From Candidatus Wolframiiraptor gerlachensis (GTDB lineage Archaea > Thermoproteota > Nitrososphaeria_A > Caldarchaeales > Wolframiiraptoraceae): a stretch of 24,000 nt of DNA. The stretch is from assembly GCA_021323375.2 (NCBI GenBank), contig JAJPCT020000007.1, positions 12,343 through 36,342 on the forward strand. Reading direction: 5' to 3'. Of the stretch, positions 1 through 8,480 are shown piece after piece (the first letter of the stretch is position 1; every line of letters begins with the position of its first letter). Made by a program: the position numbers and the translations under genes. The notes beneath the pieces are model-generated. The model saw only the letters and a program-made list of their open reading frames with translations. It had not been told where the DNA came from and searched no databases.

Positions 1-534
1 TAATGGGACGTGAAGAATGTTGAAGAATGCCGTGAATATCATGGTCATTGTCAGGGCGGCGAGAGTGTCTGAAATCTCCAGGCCGAGGAAGGCTGAGATG
101 CTCGCGGCGGCAAACTCCAGGAACCCGGGAAACATGTAGACTAGCACGATATAGTTGAAAACGCTCATCACGGCCACCCTGATCGCGCATCCGAGAACCC
201 CGCCTATGAGGAGGCCTGTTCTCGGCGAGGCTCTTATCCTGAAGCCTGCCCAGAGGCCAATTAGCGTCGAGAGCACCGCGGCGAACTTCATGGCGGGGCC
301 TAGCGGGCTGAAAGATCCGACAAGAAGCAGGATAAGCCAGTAGGCGATGGAGGAGAGCATGCCAGCCCATGGACCTAGAAGCAGTAAGGCGAGGAAGACA
401 GGTATCTCGGCCAAGTCGAACCTTAGATAGGGGATTACCGGGTAGGGGAATGATAGGGGTAGGGCTGCTAGGAGCGCAGCTAGGCTCGCCAAGCAGCTAG
501 CTGAGGCCACCAGCTTAATCGCCCTCACATTCAT
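1..534 (-). CDS. ECF-transporter S-component-like integral membrane protein (N-terminal 178 aa; 3' end runs off the window)
   Basis: My own translation of the minus strand from ATG at 534 is open to position 1, which is why it is absent from the ORF track. Sequence MNVRAIKLVASASCLASLAALLAALPLSFPYPVIPYLRFDLAEIPVFLALLLLGPWAGMLSS... has multiple TM segments. The FDLAEIPVFLALLLLGPWAG motif resembles ECF substrate-capture subunits. Confidence 0.6.
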   Translation of the reverse strand, partial: MNVRAIKLVASASCLASLAALLAALPLSFPYPVIPYLRFDLAEIPVFLALLLLGPWAGMLSSIAYWLILLLVGSFSPLGPAMKFAAVLSTLIGLWAGFRIRASPRTGLLIGGVLGCAIRVAVMSVFNYIVLVYMFPGFLEFAAASISAFLGLEISDTLAALTMTMIFTAFFNILHVPL

Positions 535-564
535 CGTTTACGGGGGCTCTGGCTAGACTAATAA

Positions 565-587
565 GTTTTGAGTAACTACTCAAAAAC
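565..587 (-). terminator. Hairpin plus T5 run just downstream of the nucleotidyltransferase stop
   Basis: 9-bp perfect inverted repeat TTTTGAGTA/TACTCAAAA (566-574 / 577-585). On the minus strand a TTTTT run (586-582) lies about 8 nt after the stop at 594-596. Confidence 0.4.
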
Positions 588-593
588 AGGTAA

Positions 594-1454
594 TTAGCCT
601 AGGACCCCTGTGAAATAGTCCTTCCAAGCCTGCTCATAGTCCTCCGGAGACCCTATATCGACCCAATAGCCGTTGAATGGATAAGCGTAGAGTCTCCCTC
701 TTTCTATGAGCGCGGGGAATATATGCTCTTCTAGCGAACAGTAGGTTAATGCTGGAATATATTCTAGGATCTCCGGCTCGAAGACGTATATCCCGGCGTT
801 AACGAGGCCTGGGACAGGCTGTTTCGGCTTCTCCCGGAAGGCTATAACCCTGCCATCCTCATCTAGCGATACTAGGCCGAATCTACTGGCATCCTCTACC
901 TTGGCTAGCGCCATCGTGGCAATAGCATTCTTCTCCTCATGAAATCTCAGGAGGCTCCCAATATTCAGCCCATCAAACAATATATCTCCATAGACTACTA
1001 GAAACCTGCCATTAAGTTTGTCCTCCGCATTCTTAATGGCTCCAGCGGTCCCGAGGGGTATCTTCTCCACGGAATAGTCTATTCTAACACCGAGCAGGCT
1101 GCCATCCCCAAAATATCTTATGATGTGCTCGCTAAGGTGGCTGACCGCTAGGATGAAATAGTTGAAGCCCTGGTCCCTGAATTTACATATTATATGCTCT
1201 AGTAGGGGCTTATAGCCAACGGGCATCATCGCCTTCGGGATGCTCTTACTTAAAGGCCCCATACCCACGCCAAGCCCCCCACATAGGATCAGGCATTTCA
1301 TGGACTCGCGGATGAGCTTCTCCCGGACAGCCTCAATTATGAAGGATGTCCGCCGCCTAGCAGGTATCCTGCTGCTAAGCTGTCTCCAAAGGTCCTCCGG
1401 AAATTCTATTGAAGTTCTATGCTTTCTCATTTCGCTAGAATAATGTGGAGCCAT
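594..1454 (-). CDS. Sugar-phosphate nucleotidyltransferase with an in-frame N-terminal ribbon-helix-helix (CopG-like) extension
   Basis: Core starts at M52: MKCLILCGGLGVGMGPLSKSIPKAMMPVGYKPLLEH... (GxGxR/G-type NTP-transferase signature; later GDILFD, VNAGIYVFEP). Residues 1-51, IEFPEDLWRQLSSRIPARRRTSFIIEAVREKLIRE, look like an RHH DNA-binding domain. An alternative start is ATG 1301. Confidence 0.8.
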   Translation of the reverse strand: MAPHYSSEMRKHRTSIEFPEDLWRQLSSRIPARRRTSFIIEAVREKLIRESMKCLILCGGLGVGMGPLSKSIPKAMMPVGYKPLLEHIICKFRDQGFNYFILAVSHLSEHIIRYFGDGSLLGVRIDYSVEKIPLGTAGAIKNAEDKLNGRFLVVYGDILFDGLNIGSLLRFHEEKNAIATMALAKVEDASRFGLVSLDEDGRVIAFREKPKQPVPGLVNAGIYVFEPEILEYIPALTYCSLEEHIFPALIERGRLYAYPFNGYWVDIGSPEDYEQAWKDYFTGVLG

Positions 1455-1476
1455 TTACATATAACGTTTATGTAAA
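1454..1476. promoter_or_regulatory. Palindrome overlapping the start codon of the RHH-nucleotidyltransferase ORF (candidate operator / TATA-like region)
   Basis: TTTACAT (1454-1460) and ATGTAAA (1470-1476) are exact reverse complements. The 9-nt spacer ATAACGTTT contains AACGTT. Confidence 0.4.
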
Positions 1477-1579
1477 GCTCCTCCCCTAAAAGCATTCCCT
1501 ATGACTACATGGGGCTAAGATTAATTAAGATATGGTTAATAGGCCCCGGAAAAATCTTGTAACCGCGGGTGTTTAAGAC

Positions 1580-2599
1580 ATGTTAAGGGTTGGCATTAAT
1601 GGTATGGGAAGGATTGGGCGGCTATTTGCGCGGGCAGCCCTCCAGCACCCGGAGCATGGCAGGAGCTTCGAGATCGTGGCCTTCAACGAGATCGCCGATA
1701 ACAAGACAACCGCCTTCCTGCTGAAATACGACTCCGTCCATAAGAAGTGGGATAGGAGGATTGAGGCGACGGAGAAGGGTATAGTAGTGGATGGCAGAGA
1801 ACTCTTGGGATTCCATGAACCGGATCCCGCGAAGATCCCATGGGATAAGGCTGAGGTTGATCTCGTGGTCGAGGCTACTGGGAGATTCACCGATAGGGAG
1901 AAGGCGGCCCTCCACCTCAGAGATGGCGTGAAGAAAGTCTTGGTCTCGGCGCCATCAAAGAACGCGGATGTAACAATAGTGCCGGGCGTAAACGATGAGA
2001 TGCTGGATGTGAAGAAGCATCACGTCATCTCAGGAGCATCATGCACGACGAACTGCCTCGCGCCCATGGTCAAGGTCCTGCTGGATAACTTCGGGATAAA
2101 GAAGGGGTTCATGACAACAGTCCACGCCTATACGAATGATCAAAGGGTCCTCGACCTATTCCATGAAGATCTTCGGAGAGCTAGGGCCGCAGCCCTCTCC
2201 ATAATCCCGACAACAACCGGCGCTGCAAAAGCGCTCCACCTAGTGATCCCCGAGGTTAAGGGGAAGCTCCACGGCATAGCATTGCGAGTCCCAGTTCCAG
2301 ACGGCTCAATAACAGACCTAGTAGCACTACTCGAGCGCGAGGTGACTGTTGAAGAGGTGAAGAACGCCTATAAGAGGGCCGCTGAAGGCAGGATGAAGGG
2401 CATACTCGAGTATACGGAGGACCCAATAGTCTCGGTCGACATCATCGGAAACCCAGCGTCATGTATCATCGATGGGCAGAATATAATGGTCCTCGGGGAT
2501 AGGAGCGACATAGCCAAGGTCCTAGGATGGTATGATAACGAGTGGGGCTACAGTAACAGGCTCGTAGACATAATTCTCTTAATCAACAAGCAGCTCTAA
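1580..2599 (+). CDS. gap: Glyceraldehyde-3-phosphate dehydrogenase, class I (bacterial/eukaryal type)
   Basis: VGINGMGRIGRLFARAA Rossmann N-terminus, the active-site motif SGASCTTNCLAP, and WYDNEWGYSNR near the C-terminus. 339 aa. Confidence 0.93.
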   Translation: MLRVGINGMGRIGRLFARAALQHPEHGRSFEIVAFNEIADNKTTAFLLKYDSVHKKWDRRIEATEKGIVVDGRELLGFHEPDPAKIPWDKAEVDLVVEATGRFTDREKAALHLRDGVKKVLVSAPSKNADVTIVPGVNDEMLDVKKHHVISGASCTTNCLAPMVKVLLDNFGIKKGFMTTVHAYTNDQRVLDLFHEDLRRARAAALSIIPTTTGAAKALHLVIPEVKGKLHGIALRVPVPDGSITDLVALLEREVTVEEVKNAYKRAAEGRMKGILEYTEDPIVSVDIIGNPASCIIDGQNIMVLGDRSDIAKVLGWYDNEWGYSNRLVDIILLINKQL

Positions 2600-2619
2600 G
2601 CGCCCCTTCCAACAATCTA

Positions 2620-2625
2620 TTTTTT
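2620..2625 (+). terminator. Oligo-T tract after gap
   Basis: T6 run about 20 nt after the gap stop codon (2597-2599). Archaeal RNAP terminates at oligo-T. Confidence 0.35.
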
Positions 2626-3477
2626 CTACAATCTACTGGCTCGGGATAGGAGCTCCGGCAGCTTTTCATAGTCTTCCGGATCCATTCTCCAGCCCATGCC
2701 CCCGAGGAGCTCATCCAGGTGATCCTTCCTCATAGTCTTCGCTATCGCTATGACATTATCATGCCGTATAACCCAGTTTATCAGTATCTGCGCCGGCGTC
2801 CTGCCATATCTTCTTCCAAGCTCCTCTAAGACGCTTTTATAAGAGCTCTTCAAGAGCGCGCCCTTCCCAAGAGGCCTATACGCTATAATCGTTATGCCAT
2901 TTTTCCTGCAGAAGGGCAGTATTTCCTCCTCAATGAGCCTATCCAAGGGATTGTAGAGAACCTGGTTCGAGACTATATCGTATTTTGAGAGATAGCCCAT
3001 CGCCTCCTCCAATTCCTTAACGTTGAAGTTGCTAACACCGATAAACCTGACCTTGCCCTCATCGACCAGCTTCTCCATCGCCTTCATAGTCTCCCTCAAT
3101 GGTATGAACGGGTTTGGGAAATGTATCTGGTATAGGTCGACATAGTTTACCCTCAGCCTATCAAGGCTCCTGTCAAGGGCCTCGAACACGTCCTTGAACC
3201 TCAAGTTATAGGGCCATACCTTCGTCGCTATGAAGACCTTCTCCCTCGGGAGCTCTCTGACTGCCTCCCCCACAAGCTCCTCACAGTGGCCAGCACCATA
3301 CATCTCGGCCGTATCGATAAGCTTTAGGCCCCTCCTAACAGCATACCTGATCACCTCTATCGCTTCCTCGTCTCTCGAGTAGTCCGGATAATCCCGCCCA
3401 CCTATCTCCCAAGTCCCAAGCCCTAGAGCAGGGAGATAGACATCGGTCTTTCCAAGCCTCCTGAACTCCATAGCCAT
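2626..3477 (-). CDS. Aldo/keto reductase family oxidoreductase
   Basis: LGLGTWEIGG, IDTAEMYG, ATKVW and DLYQIHFP are typical AKR motifs. 283 aa. Confidence 0.9.
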   Translation of the reverse strand: MAMEFRRLGKTDVYLPALGLGTWEIGGRDYPDYSRDEEAIEVIRYAVRRGLKLIDTAEMYGAGHCEELVGEAVRELPREKVFIATKVWPYNLRFKDVFEALDRSLDRLRVNYVDLYQIHFPNPFIPLRETMKAMEKLVDEGKVRFIGVSNFNVKELEEAMGYLSKYDIVSNQVLYNPLDRLIEEEILPFCRKNGITIIAYRPLGKGALLKSSYKSVLEELGRRYGRTPAQILINWVIRHDNVIAIAKTMRKDHLDELLGGMGWRMDPEDYEKLPELLSRASRL

Positions 3478-3578
3478 GATGTTTCCCCTCGGGTTGAAAA
3501 GCCTTCCCCACTACAGGATCAACATGAGGCTAATGGTTTTTAACCCTCCTGGAGGTAATGTTCCCTCGGTGAGCTGAG

Positions 3579-4808
3579 GTGCGCCTAGCTTTCAAGACCT
3601 TGGATGACATAGATGTTCATGGCAAGACTGTGATTGTGAGAGTTGATCTGAACTCCCCGATAGATCCGCAGACTGGGAGGATTCAGGATAATGAGAGGAT
3701 TCAGGCGCATGCGGAGACTATTAGGGAGCTATCGGATAAGGGTGCCAAGGTCGTTGTTCTAGCTCATCAGGGGAGGAAGGGTGACCCGGACTTTCTCCCG
3801 CTGGAGCAGCATGCAGAGCTCCTCTCAAAGCATGTTGGCAAGCCCGTGAAATATGTCCCGGATCTAGTAGGGGAGATGGCGGAGCAGGCGATTAAGAACC
3901 TTAGGAACGGCGAGATACTGCTCCTCGAGAATGTCAGGATTCTTGATGAGGAGACTAAGGAGGCGAGCCCTGAGGAGCATGCTAAGGGCGTGCTGGTCTC
4001 AAGGCTGTCTAAGCTCGCGGACTTATTCGTTCTTGATGCTTTCTCGGCGGCTCATAGGGCGCATGCCTCGATAGTCGGGTTTGCCGCGGTCCTCCCGGTC
4101 GTGGCTGGCAGGGTCATGGAGAGGGAGCTCAAGGCCCTTAGCGAGATCCTCGAAAAGCGGAGCAGCATAATCCTCTTCATGGGGGGAAATAAGCCCGATG
4201 ACTGCATAAAGGTTGTCGAGGCGCTTCTGAATAGGGGTAGGCCAGAGATCAAGATGCTCCTCTCCGCTGGCATTCTTGGCCAACTCTTCCTAGCCGCCGA
4301 GGGAAGAGATCTCGGGGAGCCCAGCATGGCATATATCAGGAAAAAGGGCTTTGAGCCTCTCATAGGCAAGGTCAAGGATCTGGCGGCCAGGCTTAGAGAC
4401 CGGTTGAAGAAGCCTATCGATGTAGCTTATGAGCGCAATGGAGGGCGCGAGGAGATAAGGGTTGAGAAGCTACCAGCCCTAGGTCCGATAATGGATATAG
4501 GCAGCGAGACCGCATCCATGTACGCGGATATAATCAGGTCGGCGGGCAAGGATGATGCCATAATAGTCAAGGGGCCCGCGGGAGCATATGAGCATGAGAA
4601 CTTCAGGAAGGGGACCGCGGAGATATATAAGGCTCTAGCGAGCTCAAAGGCCTTCACGCTAATTGGCGGAGGCGATTCATCGACGGCGATAAGCCTCGTC
4701 GGGCTTAAGGTGGAGGACTTCTCATACGTCAGCCTCGCGGGCGGGGCCTTAATACACTACCTATCCGGAGGCAAAATGCCGGGCGTCGAGATGCTAATGC
4801 GCGGCTAA
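3579..4808 (+). CDS. pgk: Phosphoglycerate kinase (archaeal type)
   Basis: 409 aa. TLDDIDVHGKTVIVRVDLNSP N-terminus, LAHQGRKG, and C-terminal GGGDS..A motif (LIGGGDSSTAI). Confidence 0.92.
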   Translation: MRLAFKTLDDIDVHGKTVIVRVDLNSPIDPQTGRIQDNERIQAHAETIRELSDKGAKVVVLAHQGRKGDPDFLPLEQHAELLSKHVGKPVKYVPDLVGEMAEQAIKNLRNGEILLLENVRILDEETKEASPEEHAKGVLVSRLSKLADLFVLDAFSAAHRAHASIVGFAAVLPVVAGRVMERELKALSEILEKRSSIILFMGGNKPDDCIKVVEALLNRGRPEIKMLLSAGILGQLFLAAEGRDLGEPSMAYIRKKGFEPLIGKVKDLAARLRDRLKKPIDVAYERNGGREEIRVEKLPALGPIMDIGSETASMYADIIRSAGKDDAIIVKGPAGAYEHENFRKGTAEIYKALASSKAFTLIGGGDSSTAISLVGLKVEDFSYVSLAGGALIHYLSGGKMPGVEMLMRG

Positions 4809-4837
4809 ACACGTTTCAATCCCAGATCCCCCAAACA

Positions 4838-4843
4838 TTTTTT
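4838..4843 (+). terminator. Oligo-T tract after pgk
   Basis: T6 run 30 nt after the pgk stop (4806-4808). Confidence 0.35.
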
Positions 4844-4847
4844 CACG

Positions 4848-4856
4848 TTTATATTA
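4848..4856 (+). promoter_or_regulatory. TATA-box candidate for the PEP carboxylase gene
   Basis: TTTATATTA is centred about 27 nt upstream of ATG 4880. This implies a leaderless or very short-leader mRNA and favours ATG 4880 over the track's TTG 4874. Confidence 0.4.
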
Positions 4857-4873
4857 TTCCCGGAGCCAGCTGC

Positions 4874-6454
4874 TTGGGAATGGTTTCTAGGAAGATCCCT
4901 CGAACAATGTCTACTCAGCATCCTGATAACGTCTCATCGCCGAGCTGGGTTAGCGGCGAGGTTATCCAGGGTGAGGATGAGGTTCATGAGGCCTACTTCG
5001 CATATAGCCAGCTTGGATGCATGGAGGTCATGTGGGATGCTGAGGGAAAGGATGTGGATACCCGCGTCATCAGGAAGCTGCTGAGCAAGTATGGCGACTT
5101 CTTCAGGGAGCACGTCATAGGCGAGGACATATTTTTGACATACCGCGTCCCGAACCCAAACATAGAGTCCGTTGAGAGGAAGATCCTATTCGAGTCGCTA
5201 GTGAATATCCCGGTAGCATACGATATCGCCTCCACGTTCTATGGGAGGGAGGTGGCGCCATTCTTCGAGGTCATCCTACCCCTGACGACATGCGCTGAGG
5301 ATCTGCTGAAGCTTAAGGGCTTCTATGAGAGGGCTATAGCGGGCATCGGAGATGTCAGGATATGTGGAGATACTAGGGTCTCGGATTGGGTTGGCGAGTT
5401 CAAGCCAAAGTCCATCGAGGTTATCCCCCTCATCGAGGACATGGAGAGCATGCTCAACGTTGATTGTATAATCAAGCCTTATATTTCAATGGTCAGGCCG
5501 AGGTATCTCCGGGTGTTTCTGGCGCGATCTGACCCCGCGTTAAACTATGGGCTCACATGCGCCGTGATCCTATGTAAGCTCGCATCATCGAGGTTGAGGA
5601 AAATTGAGGAGGATACAGGCATCGAGATCTACCCGATAATCGGCGCCGGGACCATGCCGTTTAGGGGTCACCTAAACCCAGATAACATCCATAACTTCCT
5701 AGATGAGTATAGGGGCGTCCACACGGTCACGATACAATCCGCCATGAAATATGACTACCCCATCGAACTCGTGAGAGAATCTATCCGCATCTTGAATGAG
5801 AGGCTTCCATGCGGCGAGCCTAGGCTGATTGAACCACATGAGGAGGAGTTGTTGAGGAGGATCTTGGCCAAGTTTGCTAGGGGATATCAGAGGACGATCG
5901 AGTCCCTTGCACCCCTCATAAACCACGTGGCCAGATATGTTCCGCCGAGGAGGGCTAGAAAACTCCACATAGGCCTCTTCGGCTATAGCCGCAGCGTTGG
6001 AAGAGTGTCGCTTCCAAGAGCTATACCCTTCGCGGCCGCGCTCTATACTCTCGGGATACCCCCGGAGTTCATCGGCTTCAAGGCGCTTCTCGACTTGAGT
6101 GAGGAGGAGTGGGATGCCTTGAGGGAGAATTACCGCAACTTAGAGCATGACTTAGCTGTCGCGGCTGGATTCCTCTCATGGAGCAACATCAACATGCTGG
6201 CCGAGATGTGCGATCGGCTGGCCGGGCTGGCTGGCATGAGCGTGGAGGAGCTGCGCAGCGCCATAGGAGAGATAATCATGGACTTGAGCATCGTCGAGGA
6301 GAAGCTTGGTATAAAGGCCGGGCCTAGGACGCTGACCCAGAGGCGGTATGAGAACGCTGTAAACGACTTCTTAGCCGCCCTCCTCGAGCAGGAGCATGAG
6401 GAGGCTAGGAGAAGGCTTATAGACGCGGCTAGGATAAGACGCTGCCTAGGCTAG
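4874..6454 (+). CDS. ppcA: Archaeal-type phosphoenolpyruvate carboxylase
   Basis: About 525 aa. The N-terminal IPRTMSTQHPDN signature is characteristic of the archaeal-type PEPC family. The true start is probably ATG 4880. Confidence 0.88.
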   Translation: MGMVSRKIPRTMSTQHPDNVSSPSWVSGEVIQGEDEVHEAYFAYSQLGCMEVMWDAEGKDVDTRVIRKLLSKYGDFFREHVIGEDIFLTYRVPNPNIESVERKILFESLVNIPVAYDIASTFYGREVAPFFEVILPLTTCAEDLLKLKGFYERAIAGIGDVRICGDTRVSDWVGEFKPKSIEVIPLIEDMESMLNVDCIIKPYISMVRPRYLRVFLARSDPALNYGLTCAVILCKLASSRLRKIEEDTGIEIYPIIGAGTMPFRGHLNPDNIHNFLDEYRGVHTVTIQSAMKYDYPIELVRESIRILNERLPCGEPRLIEPHEEELLRRILAKFARGYQRTIESLAPLINHVARYVPPRRARKLHIGLFGYSRSVGRVSLPRAIPFAAALYTLGIPPEFIGFKALLDLSEEEWDALRENYRNLEHDLAVAAGFLSWSNINMLAEMCDRLAGLAGMSVEELRSAIGEIIMDLSIVEEKLGIKAGPRTLTQRRYENAVNDFLAALLEQEHEEARRRLIDAARIRRCLG

Positions 6455-6511
6455 GGCTCGAGAATACTAGGAGCCTTAGAGATATAACATGGCTCACCAA
6501 CATATCTATGG

Positions 6512-6970
6512 ATGGCTGAGCTATGGTATTTCGCTTATGGGTGGTCGATGGATAAGTCTCTCATGAGGAAGTGTATTGGCGACTGGCTTGATGTGAGGCG
6601 CGCTACCCTGAAGGGCTTCGAGATAGTTTTCAACGCTTATTCTCCAGCTTGGAGGGGCGGCATCGCAAACCTTAGGGAGAGTGAGGGCGCAAGGATAATC
6701 GGCGTCGCATATAAGATAACATCTGATCAACTTGTGAAGCTGGATGCTTTTGAAGGAGTCCCATCGAGGGCCAGCAGGAGAATGGTCTTGATTGAGGTTG
6801 AGGGCATTGGCGAGGTCAAGGCGATAACCCACGTCGCCGCAAACCCAAGAGACGGGTTTGTCCAGCCCTCCAAGGAATACCTCTCAGCCATGCATCGCGG
6901 GATTAAGCAACACGATATCCCAGATGAGATGATAAAGATTATCCAGAGGGCTGCGGGGAGGCGGCCCTAG
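6512..6970 (+). CDS. Gamma-glutamylcyclotransferase / AIG2-like fold protein
   Basis: N-terminal LWYFAYGWSMD (YFAYGSNM-like) and LDAFEGV (catalytic Glu context). 152 aa. Confidence 0.7.
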   Translation: MAELWYFAYGWSMDKSLMRKCIGDWLDVRRATLKGFEIVFNAYSPAWRGGIANLRESEGARIIGVAYKITSDQLVKLDAFEGVPSRASRRMVLIEVEGIGEVKAITHVAANPRDGFVQPSKEYLSAMHRGIKQHDIPDEMIKIIQRAAGRRP

Positions 6971-7027
6971 GAGAGGAAAGATAAAATCATCGTAAGGACG
7001 CTTTTACTAGGAGCTGGCGATGCGGGG

Positions 7028-7702
7028 ATGAGCGACTTTCACATAGTCTTTGAGTTTCTCCATATAGTACGGGCTCATGGCTACCTTGGTGCGCTACTCA
7101 TAGCGTTCGCAGGCAGCCTAGTCCCATTCCTCCCGGTCCCATACCTGATACCTATAGTTCTCATGGCTAGGACATTGGATCCGTTTCTCCTCGGGATCGC
7201 CGCGGGTGTTGGAGGCTCCATGGGGAAGATTACATCATATCTACTCGGCAGGTTCGGGAGAAAGCTCCTCAGCGAGGAGAGAAGGAGAAAGACCGCGGCC
7301 CTCGGAAGAGCTATCGCGAAATACGAGATGCTAGCGGTGTTCCTCTTCGCGCTCACACCCCTCCCGGACGATATAGTCTATATCCCCGTCGGGCTCACCA
7401 GGCTGAGCATAGCGAAGTTCATGATCGCTAATATGCTCGGCAAGATAGTCCTCTCATGGATCGTCGCATATACTGGAAGATTCTACTTCGACCTCGCCAC
7501 ACTCTTCTTGGGAGAGGGTAATGGTCCCCTAGTAACGATATCAGCTATCATCGCCACGGTAGTGATAACTGTGATATTGCTGAGAGTAGATTGGGAGAAG
7601 GTAATCGAGAATGGTAGGAGAAATGGATTCTGGGCAGCATTCAAGGCACTACTCGAATCTGCATTCGGGTTTACAGGTATAAGACGTGGATCTCAAAGCT
7701 GA
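7028..7702 (+). CDS. DedA/VTT-domain (SNARE-associated) family membrane protein
   Basis: Polytopic membrane protein. LLIAFAGSLVPFLPVPYLIPIV and ALTPLPDDIVYIPVGL resemble the VTT/DedA (YqaA-like) re-entrant motifs. Confidence 0.65.
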   Translation: MSDFHIVFEFLHIVRAHGYLGALLIAFAGSLVPFLPVPYLIPIVLMARTLDPFLLGIAAGVGGSMGKITSYLLGRFGRKLLSEERRRKTAALGRAIAKYEMLAVFLFALTPLPDDIVYIPVGLTRLSIAKFMIANMLGKIVLSWIVAYTGRFYFDLATLFLGEGNGPLVTISAIIATVVITVILLRVDWEKVIENGRRNGFWAAFKALLESAFGFTGIRRGSQS

Positions 7703-7736
7703 AAGACGTATATGCCGCATATTAGCTTGGCTACAC

Positions 7737-8006
7737 ATGGCGAGAACCTATAAGTGGCTAGGCGGGATAGGATATATCCTCAGCTTCATACCATATGCTG
7801 GCTTCATCTCCTCGATCCTCATTGCAATAGCTTGGATACTCATGGGCAGGGATACGCGGGAGAGGGTATTCACGATCCTAGGGGTGCTAATGCTCACGAC
7901 ATACGTCCTCGCCATAGCGCTCATCATCTGGCTGATCCTAAGCCTCCTACCCGCGGCATTTGCTGGCACGATGGCAATCACGCCCGAGACTATGACTATG
8001 CCTTGA
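7737..8006 (+). CDS. Small membrane protein (resembles the N-terminal half of an archaeal DUF996-like membrane protein)
   Basis: YKWLGGIGYILSFIPYAGFISSILIAIAWILMG plus two further TM segments. The track start GTG 7686 overlaps the upstream gene by 17 nt. ATG 7737 sits about 27 nt after a TATA-like CGTATATGCC. Confidence 0.6.
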   Translation: MARTYKWLGGIGYILSFIPYAGFISSILIAIAWILMGRDTRERVFTILGVLMLTTYVLAIALIIWLILSLLPAAFAGTMAITPETMTMP

Positions 8007-8009
8007 AGG

Positions 8010-8423
8010 ATGAGCCAGGCCTTCGGCCAACTCTTCGCCTGGCTATTAGGCGTGGTTGTAACCGGCCTCGTGCTAGTCGGCCTCGTGATCACGGTCTTCA
8101 TACTAGATATAGTTGCTCACCTCAGGGCTGGGAAAACCTTCAACAACAAGTGGTTCAAGATCGCTGGATGGATGAGGATAATCCTAGCGATAGCAATAGT
8201 GGTCGCGATTCCGCTCACGGTGTTCTTGATAAGCTCAGCCGGCCCTAGTATGCTTCCATCAACACTCTTTGGACCCCCCTATGGCGCGATCCTGCCGCTC
8301 CTCCTCACGATCTTCTGGCCCATTCTCATAGTCCTTGTGATCGGCCTTCTCGCGACGATCTTCTCGATAATCGCGTTCTTCACGATCCCGGAAGAGGCTC
8401 CGCCAGCACAGCCATCAAGCTGA
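8010..8423 (+). CDS. Membrane protein (resembles the C-terminal half of the same family); same frame as the preceding ORF
   Basis: 137 aa, 4 predicted TM segments, with FKIAGWMRIILAIAIV and FSIIAFFTIPE. It is separated from the upstream ORF only by TGA-AGG. Confidence 0.65.
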   Translation: MSQAFGQLFAWLLGVVVTGLVLVGLVITVFILDIVAHLRAGKTFNNKWFKIAGWMRIILAIAIVVAIPLTVFLISSAGPSMLPSTLFGPPYGAILPLLLTIFWPILIVLVIGLLATIFSIIAFFTIPEEAPPAQPSS

Positions 8424-8480
8424 CCATAAATGACAATAAACTTTAGATCCTGCGCTTAGCCCCATAATCTCGGTGCGGTA

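Noticed and set aside
155-343. 62-aa plus-strand ORF
   Set aside because: It lies entirely antisense to a 178-codon open membrane-protein frame (1..534, minus) with a convincing ECF S-component-like sequence. Its own product is Pro/Arg-rich with no features.
535-593. Possible riboswitch upstream of the ECF S-component gene
   Set aside because: There are only 59 nt, dominated by one simple hairpin that is better explained as the terminator of the upstream minus-strand gene. This is too short for known riboswitch aptamers.
1240-1915. Track ORFs 1240..1443(+), 1573..1890(-) and 1622..1915(-)
   Set aside because: They are antisense or shadow frames inside the nucleotidyltransferase and GAPDH genes, which have unambiguous family motifs.
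3474-3574. C/D-box sRNA candidate (ATGATGT at 3474-3480, CTGA at 3571-3574)
   Set aside because: The boxes are about 95 nt apart, there are no convincing internal C'/D' boxes, and the C box is imperfect. Other intergenic regions were also scanned by eye for TGATGA...CTGA pairs without success.
4023-4657. Three minus-strand ORFs inside pgk (also 4993..5235 and 5699..5968 inside ppcA, and 6521..6832 inside the GGCT-like gene)
   Set aside because: These are shadow ORFs opposite strongly supported genes and have low-complexity products.
7748-8248. ORFs 7748..8101(-) and 7754..8248(+)
   Set aside because: They overlap the two membrane-protein ORFs in other frames. Their products are Arg/His/Pro-rich and lack the TM pattern that makes the chosen frame convincing.
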